In this document: piece by piece, positions 38,101 through 51,702 of the stretch
Numbering within the stretch: the stretch's first letter is position 1
Layout of the letters: the number at the start of each line of letters is the position of its first letter
NCBI GenBank assembly: GCA_030704615.1
Contig: CM060731.1
Span: forward strand, 48,360,001-48,424,000
Direction: 5' to 3'
Source of the DNA: Takakia lepidozioides
Lineage: Eukaryota; Plantae; Bryophyta
Length of the DNA: 64,000 nucleotides
Position numbers and translations under genes: made by a program
Notes under the pieces: model-generated
What the model was told of the DNA's origin: nothing
Seen by the model: the letters and a program-made list of their open reading frames with translations, nothing else
Database searches by the model: none

Positions 38101-40161
38101 TTACGAAGAGATCATGGATGCTGCATAGTCGAATGAGGAAGCTGCTGTGATCTTAGCATAAATCTAAGTTAGCCCCTAAACTCTTCTACATAAATTTTTT
38201 CTTATTTAGGCATATCAAGTTTAGCATTATCTTCAAGACAGTTTGCTTCAAGCGTTGTGACTCAGTTGGGAAATACATTCCACTGATCCATATATTTAAG
38301 AGACCGCCCCTGTAAGGCTTATGTAGTTGTATGGTCTACTTTGAACTTCGACACACTATAATGTAGTGTCTATGATTGTAAGTAGTTTTAAAGTGCAGTG
38401 AGAGCTACATACAGATTGCATCACGTTGCTGAGTTGTGAAATGTGGTGTCGCCAGCCTAGTGTACCGGCGGTCTAGTTGCTGATGATGCGGACTACATGG
38501 AGCTTCGCCACCTTGTATAGGATATGAATAGAGCTGGCAGTTCGATTGCGAGTTCGGTCGACCAGAAGCCGTATGTCCGATCTCAAGCTTCCTTGGATTG
38601 CGATATAATGGAGTACCCAACTGAATATTTGAGCACACTGGATGTTGAGAGTGATCATTGCCATGGAGGCAAAAGCGTAGTGACTCGTACATTGTACAAG
38701 CTGCATGCTGAACAATATCCTCAATGGGTGATTGACATTGTGGCACCGGTGGCCTTATTGGAGCATACCGCCGTGGCTGATGTTGCCGTTGCAGAGGCGC
38801 AGGGTGTCCTGTCGGTGTGGGATGTTGGCCAGGTAGAGATGTCTGTCCCAGAGATGAGAGTTGGAAAGAAGATCTCATGTAATGACCATATGGCTCAGGC
38901 AGTGCTTGGCACTTAGCTGCAATCTCCATGACGCTAGGAAATTGTCGATTGGCCACCAAATCACTGGTTTCTGCAGATTGAAATCATCACAGTTGGCCTT
39001 AGTCTAGGATACTTGGGATGTACGTTCGAGGGAAGTTTTGACCAAAGTATTTAGTTACGAGCTAGTTACTCACATGTATACAACTTAACTTCACCATCCT
39101 GCAATTATACTCCACACATGGATCTTGGGGCAGGGGTCATCTCTCTAGGCCAAATATAAGTTGAAACAAGCTATGATCGAGTAAGATTTCTAGAGTGAAT
39201 ACTTAGTCATAAATCACAAATTGAACATCACAAGTGATAACCTGGGACATGCAAATAGCAGTTCATATGTGACAACTTTGTGATAATTCAGGGGGTCACA
39301 TGATATACCATAAAGCAATCTCAATGCTCTGCCCGTATTCTGAAGATCTTGGAGTCTCCCTTGATCGAACATGATGAGGGTGCAGTAGCAAACGTCTGAC
39401 AACATATTGAAGTAGTAGTCGTCCTGCATTTCAAGGAGTGCGCAGTCAGTGTCTAAAAATCCCTGTATCTCATGAAATACATTTCCTTAAACCTTAGTAG
39501 CTAAAATCCATGCTACGAGAAAACTGATTTACGTCGTTTAAGTATGTGCATCTGAGCTTGAACAAGACAAGTATCACGGGTAACTTAGTCTGTTATGCAA
39601 AATTTTGAACACTCAATTGAGGGTTCAAGAGACTTTTACTAAATATTATAACATTCATAACAAACTCAATAGTTTAAAGCATACCAATTACATTTCAAGA
39701 GTAGATTTTTGCCAACCTTAGCCGCTTATAGGAATATCTAGAATGCGTAACTTGGGCCAAGTGAGAAAATAAATACAGGATTGGGAGCTTGCAGCCAGAC
39801 CCCTTCCTCACAACCCAAAGCTGTGAGCAAAAGATCAGGGAAATTCATTCCAAGCTCACGAGTGTCGGCAGGCGTTATCCCTTCCATCCTGCAGGAGAAT
39901 AATTAACATTGACTTTATCATATCATGAGGAGCATATGACTACTGACCAAAAGTAGACTACCTCTATGCAAGCACCCCCATCAAACCCAAATCACCACTA
40001 GGGCTACAACTTGTATTAGGAATGTCTTATACTTACAGTCCCACCAAGCACAGACCACGGAAAACAGTGCTGGAGCCAAGCAGTCCCTCATCCAGAGCAG
40101 CTCTCCAATCACCCTGCGCGGGACGAACAAAGCCATAACAGCGCCAAGAGTCGGAAGCCAT
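38101..40161 (-). CDS. Unknown 5-exon gene, 317 aa (copy 2): join(40037-40161, 39777-39888, 39309-39423, 38413-38970, 38101-38144)
   Basis: Same splice sites as copy 1, with a 6-nt in-frame insertion in exon 4 (LQRQHQ). Confidence 0.7.
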
Positions 40162-41082
40162 TGCAAGAGTCTAAGGTTCTATAGCGCCAGAGGCAACACA
40201 AGTGACTTAGGATAGAAACACAGAGCTCCGGGGACTAACCATTGAAAGGTGCTTAAATAGTCCTCCCCCAGACCTCCTCTCAAGACTAGTTACGGGAGGG
40301 TTCTATCGTAGAGAGAGAGACCGATCGTGCCAAAATCAAACATCATACCCCCAATGAAAAATTTCAAAGAATATTCAGGAAATATCCTTTAAACTTCCAT
40401 CTTTCAGTAACCCAAGTCTTAGCGGAATCTTTGGTGGCCCAAATAGAAAGAAAAGAGTATCTAGAAATAATATGTATGAACATATGTATCTCTGAAAGAT
40501 CATGGGCAGAGAAAGAAATATTGATCTTCGAGCCCCTTGAAAAGATTCTAGTGAAAATGTTAAAGATGCCATATCTGGTTTTGTGGTTTGGCAGGAATAT
40601 GTTACACTATGTTGCAAATGAAGAATATTTTGTTACACTCTGGTCAATAATCTGTAGTGAGCAGTTGTTTCCCTCATGTCACCAAGTATTCTCTCCCTCT
40701 CCGCATGGATCAGAGTAGTTGGCTATGAGAGATGCATGGGGGAAGGGATTGTGTTGCTCACTAAGGTCTGCACTCCAACGGAACCTACTCATGCTGTGGC
40801 AACCGACTGTCACAAGTGGAACCCTTTCTAGTTTAAGCCAAATTGAAGTCACCCAGGTTTCAGTAGGTCTGAGATACTGAATGGCAGATAGAAGCAAAAG
40901 GTGCTCAATGTTGTAGATCAGTCTCTCTCGTTGCATATTTCTTTTTCCCCAACCAAAATGAAAATCAACCAAGCAGGGTAAATGTAGGTGTCCAAATATA
41001 TCTGGAGCCTGCATGTGGGCCCCAATCTTACTCTTTTCTTACTAAAAGAGTGCCAGAAGTATGACATTTCAACCCTGACATA

Positions 41083-42182
41083 TATTGAAAATACTGATTT
41101 CACTGCTTGCTCATAGCTGTTTACAGAGTAGCCAGTAAGTTATGAAGAAGCTATCCAACACTATTGAAACACTAAGAAGTACGCGGCTTATCAATCTACA
41201 AGGCAATCCATGGAATCAATGATGCTCACGCATCTGTAAGTTTTTACTACACCACGCTATGAATATACATAAAAACTAATTGAGTATCGTCTGCCACCAA
41301 AAAAAATACATATGCTACAAAGTGTAGGAGATCCAACTAGCTAGAGATTCAAAATGTGACTGACTGGCATATGTGATTGTGACTGCTTGGTGGACTGCCA
41401 CCTATTTGCTGACTATGACTATTCGACCAGCATGGTCCAGATGTCAATGACGGACTGGATCTTCGATTTCAACACTCTCACTCAGTCCGACATTGTATGC
41501 ATGCTTCAAAGATCGCTTGCACAGAGAGATTGCTTGCTGGGGAATGCAACCCAAGCATGGAGCGAAAACGAATGGGCTTGTCTGGACCAAGAGCCTTCGT
41601 AAAAATATCGGCAATCTGATCGTTCGTGTGAACATACTGAATGTCAATTTCTCCCTTCGCCTGGTTCTTGCGAATGACATGGTACTGAACGTCTATGTGC
41701 TTTGTCCGACGATGGTACTCTGGATTGTGAACCAGTCTGATGCAACTCTGGTTATCGCTGTGAAGTGGGGTGGGTGTCTTCTGTGAATGTCCAAGGAGTC
41801 CATGAGTCTCCGTAACCAAATAATCTCCCTCGCTAGCCATGTGAGCCGCAACATACTCCGATTCAGTTGTCGATCCAACAGTACATGCTTGTTTCCGACT
41901 GCTCCCAAACAATTGCTCTTTGGTTCAACATAATGACAGATCCGGATTTGGATTTTCTATCATCTATGTCACCAGCATAATCTGTGTCGCAAAATCCTGT
42001 GAGCAGATTTGTGTCATGCTTCCCATTGTAGGTCAAAACAAAATGAGATGTTCCCTTCAAGTATTTCATGATCCGTTTCACAGCGTTGCAGTGCACAGGT
42101 CTGTGTCTTGATGCGTATTTCGCCACTGTATTCACTGCATATGAGATGTCAGGACGACTCCCGATGCTTGCAAACATCAAGC
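41083..42182 (-). mobile_element. Copia RT/RNase H plus 3' LTR (41083-41474), duplicate of 8326-9400
   Basis: RPDISYAV...AVKRIMKYLKGT...GFCDTDYAGDIDDRKS and RTKHIDVQYH. Confidence 0.9.
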
Positions 42183-44106
42183 TGTTAAATTAGTAATGCA
42201 AGCATTAGTGTACCATTGATTATTCAGCCCTCAGGTTTAATGTCTTCACTATATTCTCGCGGGTAGCAGTAGATATGCCAGTTGGTTAGCAATTAATCCA
42301 CCACCATAGTAGGTAGGATAGACTTCATTAGTTGGTAGTTAATTACTTCTGCAATTACTTTCTACAGCTCATGAGTCCATGATATAAGGGCCTGAGGTTC
42401 ACTATGCAACTATTCTAGCCTTCGATCCTCATGTAGTTGGTACACTGCTCATTCTACATGGTATCAAAGCTCGGGGGGCAAATAGAATCATAGTTTCTAA
42501 GTTCAGGGTTTAAGTCACTAGGAAGCACCTCTGGTGAGAAGCACTGCTCCACCATCGTTGGATGTCTTGTTGATTTGATTTTGTGATCCTGTGAGCTCTG
42601 CTTTAGAACTGTTTGTTTTATTGCAAAATTCTTGTTCCAAAATTCTTTCCACTCTAGAAACTTCTCAAGGGCCTGTAGTTCTCATGCACCTCTCAATTAG
42701 TGTCTATGAACGTCATCTTTCTTCCACTCACTACTTTGTAAAAACAGATTTCTCTCGAGATCCCTCCTCTTTCTTGCCATCGTCCTTTAGTTCTTTATTG
42801 ATTTAATTATTTCTTTCTAACCTCCTTCAGCAGCCGTCATGGGAAATGGATCAGACTTGATCATCCCTCAGAAAGACAAGCTGACAGGGAAAAACAACTA
42901 CTCAGTATGGAAGTTCAAGGTCACAAACTATCTATTGAGGGAGGCTATTCTTGAGCTTGTCCAGAAGAAGGTGGCCCTAGAAGCAGGTCAGGATAAGGAA
43001 GAGCTTAGAAAGAAGAAGCTCATGGCTCTTACCATTATAAATCTCTCTCTCAGTGACAAAGTCATCCATTATATTGCTCATCTCACAGAGCCAAAGGCTG
43101 TGTGGGATGTTTTGGCCAAAATGTACGATGACTGGTCATCATCGAGGCAAATGGCTGTGAGGAACAAGTTCCATGGACTTAAAATGGAAGAAGGATCCTC
43201 CATGGAAGAATACCTTGAGACCATTACTAATTTTGTGGCTCAACTTGCTGCCTTTGGTGAAGAAATTGAGGAGTATATCATTGTTGAGCACATTTTGAAT
43301 GCCTTACCTGACACGTATACTGCCTACGGTGACGCAATCATGGTGCAGAAAGAGCTTTCTAGTGTTGCAGAACTAACTTCGAAACTGTTGCACGAGGAAA
43401 CCAGACGAGAGTTGAAGGGACGAAATGCTACTCAAGATGAAGCCTTGTGGGTCAAGTTTAAAGGCCTATCAGAGCCAAGGACAAGGTGGAGGTCGACCTT
43501 CATCACAAAGATCTTCTATTATCACCACCTGCAACCGCTGTGGCAAGGAGGGCCATTTGGCGAAGAATTGTCCGGTTCCGTACGAAGAGATTTTGAAGAA
43601 CCGTAATCAGCATGCCAACATGGTTGAAGATGCACATGACGAATCTGACGAAGACGGCTGCATTGGGGCAGCTGAAATGCTGGAAGTAGCCATGGCCGCT
43701 CTCGACATGCAAGGTGATCTCACTGCCTGGGAAAAGAAAGCTTCATGGATTATTGACTCCGGTGCTAGTAAGCACGTGACCGGCAACTAAAAAATTCTTC
43801 ATGATCTGGAGGGTTGTAGCAGCACTTCTAGTGTGCGATCCGCTGGTGGCACCTACCACAATGTGGAGGGAAAAGGCCATACCAATGTATTACAAAATGG
43901 ATCAATAAAGCGCATTACGGACGTTTTGTACGTCCCTGGCATGACGAGGAATTTATTATCCGTCGGTGCTTTGGCTGATAAAGGACATCTTGGAATCTTT
44001 GATGCCAGGAAATGCTTGTTTATAGAGAAAGAAAGACCTCACAGAGTAGTTCTTCAGGGAGAACGAATTAAATCTACTGGATTGTACAACCTAAAGTCAT
44101 ATGATC
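42183..44106 (+). mobile_element. Copia 5' LTR (42183-42458), PBS, gag and protease; duplicate of 9401-11317
   Basis: TGGTATCAAAGC PBS, CNRCGKEGHLAKNC knuckle and WIIDSGASKHVT. Confidence 0.92.
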
Positions 44107-44399
44107 TCATCTCATATCACACATGTAGTTCAGATCTCAGGCCCTCTCTTCAAATCATCTGTCCTTCTCCTCAATTCAGGCCTGCTCCAAAAGCCCGCGC
44201 TGCAACCATACTTTTCCTTGTCGCGCCCTGCATTTTCTTCTTCACAAATCCCTAGTTTCTTGAAACCACCAGCTTGCCCAGTCCTTGTCACCTGCAGGTG
44301 TCTGTAAAGATCAGCCCCGCAGGTTCAGCGGTTACGTTCTTCTCTGATGGGCTGGTCCGCTGTTCCAGTCCAGGCTCCATAGGCACCTAACATCTGCAG

Positions 44400-44705
44400 A
44401 ATGATATCTGACATAATTCCAGCTTGGACAATATCATCATAGACCTGGTTGCCCTTTCCAAGGGCTCCTAAGCTGGCACAAGCATTGAGAACACAAAGGA
44501 ATGTAATCTTGTCGGGTGTCACCCTTTTCAACATCATTAGCTCATACAGCTCAAAAGCAAGCCTGCAACACCTGTGCTGAGCATATCCAGTGATCATCAC
44601 ATTCTATGGTACCACATCTCGTTCAGTCATACTGTCGAATATTTGCCTTGCATCCTCTATGCTCCCACATTTTGCATACATGTCAACCACGGTATTCCCC
44701 AGTCT
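44400..44705 (-). pseudogene. PLS-class PPR gene fragment
   Basis: [31 protein letters not shown]...MITGYAQH...PDKITFLCVLNACASLGAL, with an internal stop. Confidence 0.85.
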
Positions 44706-45429
44706 GGTGAGCAAACCTTTGGCCCACCACTGTGAAGGATCGGAATGGAACTCCTGCCAGAGTCGTTCTTTGCTCATTGCTTGACCTGCGTGCAAAAACC
44801 ACATCATATGACAATCTTCCGATTGCATTGGCCCTCTACAGAGGAGCGCTGGTGCTTATACAAAATCTTTCTTAACTCTTAATTGATCAATCCCCTCTAC
44901 GCCTGTCTATCTTTTGATGTGATGTGTTGGCTCCTTGCCCCAGAGACTCTACGGGCTTCTGATGCACATTGTACACACACACTCTCTCTCTCTCTCTCTC
45001 ACTCCGTCACCTTTCTAAAAAACGGAGTACTGGCAGTGCAATCACAGCCGTGGAGAATTGGGGGCAATAGAAGCAGTAGTTACTCGCATCAAATCAGTGT
45101 TGTCCAGCATAATGCCTATACCTGCCCCCACATCAACACTCAATTCCCTACAACAGCAATATCATTGACTTCGCCAGAGCCATGTGGCGTTTGCGGTCCG
45201 ATTTCCCACACCCTAATGGGCTAGAACCCCCAAAGTATGAAGTACGCAAATATTTACGCCCCCATACCTGTCTTCAGTATCCGTGGATTGTGGTAATCCG
45301 TTGCAGCGATCCCTTGCAAAGTCCTGGGCTCCAGCATGTTGGATCCACACTGCAGTTCACAACTTCGATTTGTCATCTTACCCCTGTAAAAGACGGTGAT
45401 GTAAAGCCCATAAAAGATAGGATGGATTA

Positions 45430-45730
45430 TTGGCGCGAAAAGTTCTATGTTCTCTGTTCTTTGGCGCCTTGGAGTTGGGTTCATGCGTGTTTAAGCGTCA
45501 CGCTCTGCCTTATTAGTGCTTGGCGCCATTTGCAAGTGTGGGCTCTTTAATTTGGAAGGCAGAGCGCGTTTACCTTCTTGGTGCAAGGCTCCAGACCAGG
45601 ATTTTCCTGGTCTGGCTTCTTGATCACCTTGGCAGGAGCTAGCGGTGAATTGAAGGTGGTTGATGCCAGCTCTTCTCTTGCGAAGGGAAGCAGAGCGTTA
45701 ATTGTAGCTCTTGGAGCAAGGCCAAACGTA
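45430..45730 (+). repeat. Inverted copy of about 60128-60428 (region upstream of the MCM10-like gene), including an E2F-like site
   Basis: ORF 45578-45766(+) mirrors 59994-60398(-). TTTTCGCGCC lies on the minus strand at about 45432-45441. Confidence 0.9.
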
Positions 45731-46679
45731 AGATGCAAAGTAAAATTCACAAATGCAAGGAGCTGACAAAGTGTTCCGGCACGTTGGAGGTCGAGGGGGT
45801 CTTGAATGAATTATCAGACTCTAGATACGTTTGGATCTGAGGCTCAAGATTGGACAAGAAATCTTAGAGCTAGATTAAGTACTTAAATATAATCCAGCTC
45901 CGAAATATAACTGTGAACTCTAGCCCACCCTCGAAAGGGGCAGTAGCCGGAAGGCGAAGTGGCTCTTAGTTACGCCGGCTGCGGCTGGAGTCTTCTCTCT
46001 CCTCTGTGAATCTGGATGTCTGGATAACTTCAAGTCATATATATATCTTGAGCAATTTTCGGAGAGCTCTAGATCCATAATTGTAACAGCTGTGTACATA
46101 ACTAGTATATGCTCACATCTAGGTGTGGTTTCCGAAAAATTGTAGAGCATTCATAAAACAGATACGTTGGAAAGTTCGAATTTGCAAACATGTCCATGGT
46201 GTGTACTGTAATTTCAACTCGTCAAACAACATGCTTTAATTCTGATGCACATGGCATGGCTCTATATAGTAAATATACTATATAGTTTATGCTTGCTGTC
46301 TCCCTACGTAAGACCTTTAAATATGATTTCTTGAAATGCCGCAGGGAGCAGATTGTTCACATACTTTGGGCACGATGATTTTGTCTTATTCACCATCGCA
46401 AGGCAAAAGGTGTTAGCATTCAGCATCAGTCAACGCTCATGGAGGTGGCTTCCTTGTTGCTCCTTTCTGCGAGGCTTCGCACGCCGGTTCGCCACTTTTG
46501 CCTATGAGCCCTGCTTGGACGCTGCGGTCTAGCGTGATATCCTCCATCAGTTACAAGGCAACTGGAGCATCACAGCATTTACTGAGGATCTCCGGCGCGA
46601 TGGTGGGCAATTCTGTGGGAGTGTCTTGAACCAAGCCGATTAGGATAGGCCGCTGAAGTCGATACTCCCAGATGAGGAT

Positions 46680-47050
46680 TTGCAATTTGCAGAACGATAC
46701 TTGGGGACAGCATTTTAGTACAAGGAGGGGAATTTTCATTGTATAAAACGGCTGAGCTTGGGAACTTGAGTGGTGCAAACAATGATAGGAACAAAAAGAC
46801 TATTCTTGACAAATTACTAGAGAAACTGTGGAAACAAGAGAAAACTTTCTTCTTGTGTCGAAGACAGTTCACCACGGTGCTTGACACCTTCAAGTTCCAC
46901 ATAGTTGATATGGTGGTTTACAAAGCTGTGTTGTCTGTCTCTTTGCATAGAAATGTGGCAAGGAATCTGCAAAGAATCTGCAGGGACTTGCTGTGGACCA
47001 TGCAACCATGCAATGGACTTGTAGTGCCCACAATCAAATCCCAGCTCATA
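46680..47050 (+). mobile_element. Highly degenerate LINE ORF2 segment downstream of RT
   Basis: RYLG...W....F...LQRICRDLLW resembles the LINE 'YLG...W...LS..GR...I.R..RNFLW' region. Confidence 0.4.
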
Positions 47051-47639
47051 CAGGTCAAAGTGATCATGGGTTGCCAACCCTTCCTTCCCACATTGCTTTT
47101 TAAGCTTTCTCTAGAAGCTGGCTATTTGCATGGTGTAGTATGCAATATGAATTCCCAGAAACAGTTGATATGTACAAGATTCATGCCTAGTAGTTTGACA
47201 ATTGAAAGAAGAAAACAAATATCACTTCCATTCTCGGTGTATAATGCTTCCAAGTACACTACCTTCCAAAGACATAAGAGTGGAGTAGAAAGATGGTTTA
47301 CAGACGTCAAGAAAAATCACTTTGTAATGAATTCTAACATATGTGTTGCAGTTACATCTATAGCATTTTACTGTGTGGACACATGGACTGCAACTTTTCA
47401 GTTCCTAAATATTACAACCACACTTCATCCACAGATGGATTTGAAGATAAGAACACAGAATGCCCATGCTACATACCTTTCATAACCTGAATGCTTGGAC
47501 CCTACCATGCAGTTTCTATGCATTTGAATTGCCCCCTCATAGCTTGAATTTCTTGCTTGCCAACGAAAACACAAATACAACCTCATGCTCATGCAGCTAC
47601 ATTAGGGGTATAATGACATACAGTGACAGTGGTCTGAAC

Positions 47640-47946
47640 TGTTGGAAGTAATTAAACATATCTAGAAGACTAAGAGTCTTGAAGGCCAAAGGCTTAGAAG
47701 TTTAAGACACTATCTTGTTTAACTCACCTTTGGAAGGTGAATGGCTAGAAGGTGGATGGTCACCATAGTGGAAGTGGAAGTGACCAAGTAGGACTTTCTA
47801 GAGACCTTCTTGTACAAGCTCGGGGGTGAAGCCACTAGTCGAAGTGTAAGAGTATGATGGTGGCTTCTATGGTTGGGAGGAGAGTTTTAGTTTTAGCTTT
47901 AGTCTAAGACTTTAGTTCTTGTTCATGTTCTTGCTCAATTCTAACA
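47640..47946 (+). mobile_element. Solo LTR (307 bp) with a perfect TGAAC TSD, related to the LTR at 51393-51661
   Basis: TGTTGGAA...TTCTAACA termini, TGAAC at 47635-47639 and 47947-47951, and shared ggcttctatggttgggaggagag in inverted orientation. Confidence 0.9.
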
Positions 47947-50900
47947 TGAACAACCTTCTCTGAGAACTAAAGCAGTCATTTAGAGCAAGCTTACAAGAAC
48001 ATAGAACAGGATTGTAAGGAGATGTTGAATGACGTCAGCAATGGATTTTACAACGGATGTGCCTGAAAACCCGTCACATTTCCAAGGAGAATACCCAACA
48101 GACTCCCCAATTATCTTGCTGTGTTTCAGTTCTTGGCTCCAACTGCTCAATTCGGCTGCAAGACAAAAGGACAGTATGATTATGTGATTCCAAGCCTCTC
48201 GGACTAAACTACAACTCACTGTCCCTCTTGCTGTCTGCCAGTACCTTGACACAGCTATTACCTTACTCTGCATAACATTCAATTCAATCAACAGTGGGGA
48301 GAGAGAGAGAGAGAGAGGAAAGAAAGAAAGAGACTTCATAATTTGACCCACAGGAAGTTGAAGGAGGTGATGGGACAAAAAGAAAGCAGCAAAACAAGAA
48401 GGAAGGTGGGGCCCTCCACAAGCAGCCCAAGATAACTTTTCATCAAGAGATTCGCAGTTGAAGGCATCTTGCAGAAAGAGAAAACTTTACATATTCATAG
48501 GAACTCAATGAGTTCATGGGGCAAATGAAAGAAAAGAGAAAATGACCATACCACTAGGGCCCTGTTGCGGTCTTGAAATCTAATACTACTGAGCCACTGG
48601 CGCCAATCCATCAGTTAAAGGGTGAGACCATACCTTACAGAAACGGAAGTCTGCTTCAGTGAGAGTGTAGTCATCATGGTGGAGCAGCTTGGGCTCCACC
48701 ATTGCCTTACTACAACATTGCCTGGCTCCCCTGATGAGAACACCCTTGAAAGCTTTACACAGCGACACCTATATTCAAACACACAATTGGGCATGTGGTT
48801 CAGTACATTCCAGATGTCATGAGGAATAACCCCTTGAAATGTATATAGTGGTGCCATACAAGCCCCACAAGCTTTGCTCTCCTGGTGCTATGCCTAAAAC
48901 GTGGCAACAAAAGTGGCAAACAAAACGTGGCAAAGTGGACTTACTTGTTCCTCACTAGCTTCATCCTCCTCTTCATCTTCAAGAGTATGATCTACTTCAT
49001 CTTCAACCACATGGAGATTTTCACATTCTTCTTCAGATTCTATTGAAATCTCATTAGGTGTCTTGTCAGTAGATTGGAAACTTGTTTCTTGATTGGGTTC
49101 TTCTCCCACTCTTGGAAAAGCTATACTTGCTTCATCAAAGACAACATCCCTACTATGAAAGACAGTCTTTGTTTTTTCCTTAAGCAGTTTATATCCCTTA
49201 ACTCCTTCAGTGTAGCCTACGAAAATGCAGGCTTCACTTTTTGAATCCAGTTTCTGTCTCTTCTCTTTTGGGATATGAGCATAGGCTCGACACCCAAACA
49301 CCTTACAGTGCGATACACTTGGCTTCACACCTGTCCACACTTCTTCTGGAGTCATTCCCGAGACTGCTCTTGTAGGCGTTCTATTTTGAAGGTAGGTTGC
49401 AATTCCCACTGCTTCCGCCCAAAAATAATTAGACAGGTTAGCCTGCTTGAGCATGCTCCTAGCACACTCTTGTAGAGACCTATTCTTCCGCTCCGCAACA
49501 CCGTTTTGTTCAGGTGTATAGGGAACCGTTAATTGTCTCACTATTCCGTTATCTTTACAGAATTGGTTGAAGGCATTAAAATGTATTCCCCTCCATTATC
49601 TGACCTCAGAGTTTTGAGGGTTTTCCCTGTCTGTTTCTCTGTAAGAACTTTGTATTCTTTAAATTTATCTAGTACTTGGTTTTTCTGCTTCAGAAAATTG
49701 ACTGTTGTTCTTCTTGAAACATCGTCGATGAAGGTGACAAAGTAGGTGGCTCCACCGAGCAACTTTGTCTGCATAGGGCCGCACACGTCTGAGTGCACAA
49801 CCTCCAACAGACTATTTGCACGTTGACCTCCATCTTTTGGGAGTTTTTGTCGGTGTTCTTTTCCTTCTATTCAACCCTTACATAGACTGGTCTGTTCTAC
49901 TTCCTTTAATGAGAGCCCTTCCACTAGGTGTAGGTCTTTCAACTGTTTCAGTTTCTCAGTGCTAAGATGTTCTAGCCTTCTATGCCATAGTTATGTTTCT
50001 GACATAGTCCTCTCGGATTGTGTAGCAAGAGCTCTCTTAACTGTACAAAATCTCTGTAACTTGTATAGATCATTTTCCAGTATGGCACTTGCCACCACAT
50101 TCCTTTGCTCATCTGAAATGAGACATTGACTATTGTGGAATAACCCCTTATAACCAGCTATGACAATCTTTCTCACAGAAAGGAGGTTTTTAGTTAGGGA
50201 GGGAACATGCAAGACATCTTCTATCTCTCTCATCTCACCCTGGTCTATCATAACTGACACAGTGCCCTCTCCACTAATAGGATGTTTACTGTCGTCACCT
50301 AATAACACATATTGAGTAGGAAAAATCGTTTTGTATGTTAGAAAATTATCTCTGTCCAGGGTCATATGCTGTGATGCCCCAGAGTCTACATACCATATGT
50401 CACTTTGACCAGAAGAAGCTGAAATGGAGACTACAAATAACACAGCACCGTCTTTCCTAGCCATTTTTCTAGTAGCTAGAGTTGCTTGTGAAGTACTATC
50501 ACCATTTTGCTTTTCCTCCGCCATTCGTTTTCTGCAGTTCTTGATCATATGACCAGGTTGCTTACAATAAAAGCATTTTATTTTAGACTTCTTCTTATAT
50601 CCAGACTCACTAGATTCTCCTACCTCTTTTTTTAGGAGACTTCTAAGACTTCTTCTTATTACCAAACTTTCCATAGAATAATGCCTTATCTACTCCTGTA
50701 GATGTTTGGCATTTTCTTCTTATTTCCTCTTTAAGTAATAGCCCTATGACATTATCCACCTATAGGTTGTTTTGCCCTGTTAGTGACACTACAAACCCGT
50801 CATAAGACTCTGGTAATGACCCAAGCAACACTACTGCTGCATGCTCATTTGAAACCTTAGTTCCTACTGCTTCTAGTTGTCTTCTCAAGACATTGAAGGA

Positions 50901-51702
50901 ACTCAAGTGTAACTCTACTCTCTCTACATTCATTTTTAGACTATAAAAACGAGTAGCAGCAAACACATTTGACGTGACATCTTTAGTCTCAAATATTGTG
51001 GCCAACTTGTCCCAGATCGCCATTGCGGTGGAAGCACTAGTTACTAAGTGCATTTGATTATCTCTCAGAATTGTTATAAGACTTGCTCTAGCCCTTTGAT
51101 CTTCCCTGTCCCATGCAGGTTGACCATTGGTTGTGGTTGGCCTCACTAAAGTGCCATCAACTACTGACCACAAGTCCTTGTCTAGGAGGATCATCTCCAT
51201 TCTAAATTTCCAAGTATGATAATTAGTCCCATCAAATCTATCCTCCACTCTAGCATCTTTCCATGGTTCCCTGAACGTGATGACGTCATGAGAGCCTACT
51301 CTCACTAATTACCTAGATGGATTCTCTCTCCACTCATATGGTCCTAAGACCATCTCTCTCTCTCCTTCAGATCTAAGCTGGCTCTGATACCATATAGTAA
51401 ATAACAAAGAGAATTTTTATTAGACAGTGGAGCTCTCCTCCCAACCATAGAAGCCTTATGATCAAGAACAAGATGATCGGCTTCTCCCCCGAGCTCAAAG
51501 TTTACACAGTGCAAGAGGTTCACCTCTTGAGATCTCAAACACACCTGTTTAGATCTATATGTTCAAATCTAGAACGAAGAGTCTTAACTGTTCAGACCTC
51601 CTAGATGCTACTAACTAATAGTAACACCTAATCTGAGTATAGACTAACTACTTCTTCTACACTCTAGCCCTCGAATCCACGTCCTGATTGTCATATGCTG
51701 TA

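Larger units (their letters stand above)
32736..44106 (+). repeat. Segmental duplication copy B
   Basis: Collinear with 1-11317. Confidence 0.97.
46265..51661 (-). mobile_element. Ty1/Copia element with CTCTA TSD: 5' LTR 51393-51661 (TG..TA), PBS 51381-51392, gag-PR-IN at 48930-51265; RT/RH and most of the 3' LTR replaced
   Basis: TSD at 46260-46264 and 51662-51666. TGGTATCAGAGC PBS, FDGTNYHTWKFRM, CFYCKQPGHMIKNC, WYVDSGASQHM, HSDVCGP, LRSDNGGEY and PEQNGVAER. Only tatagtaaata of the 3' LTR survives, at 46265. Confidence 0.9.

Noticed and set aside
46739-47485. 248-aa ORF as a novel gene
   Set aside because: The first half resembles a decayed LINE ORF2 and the rest has no recognisable features.
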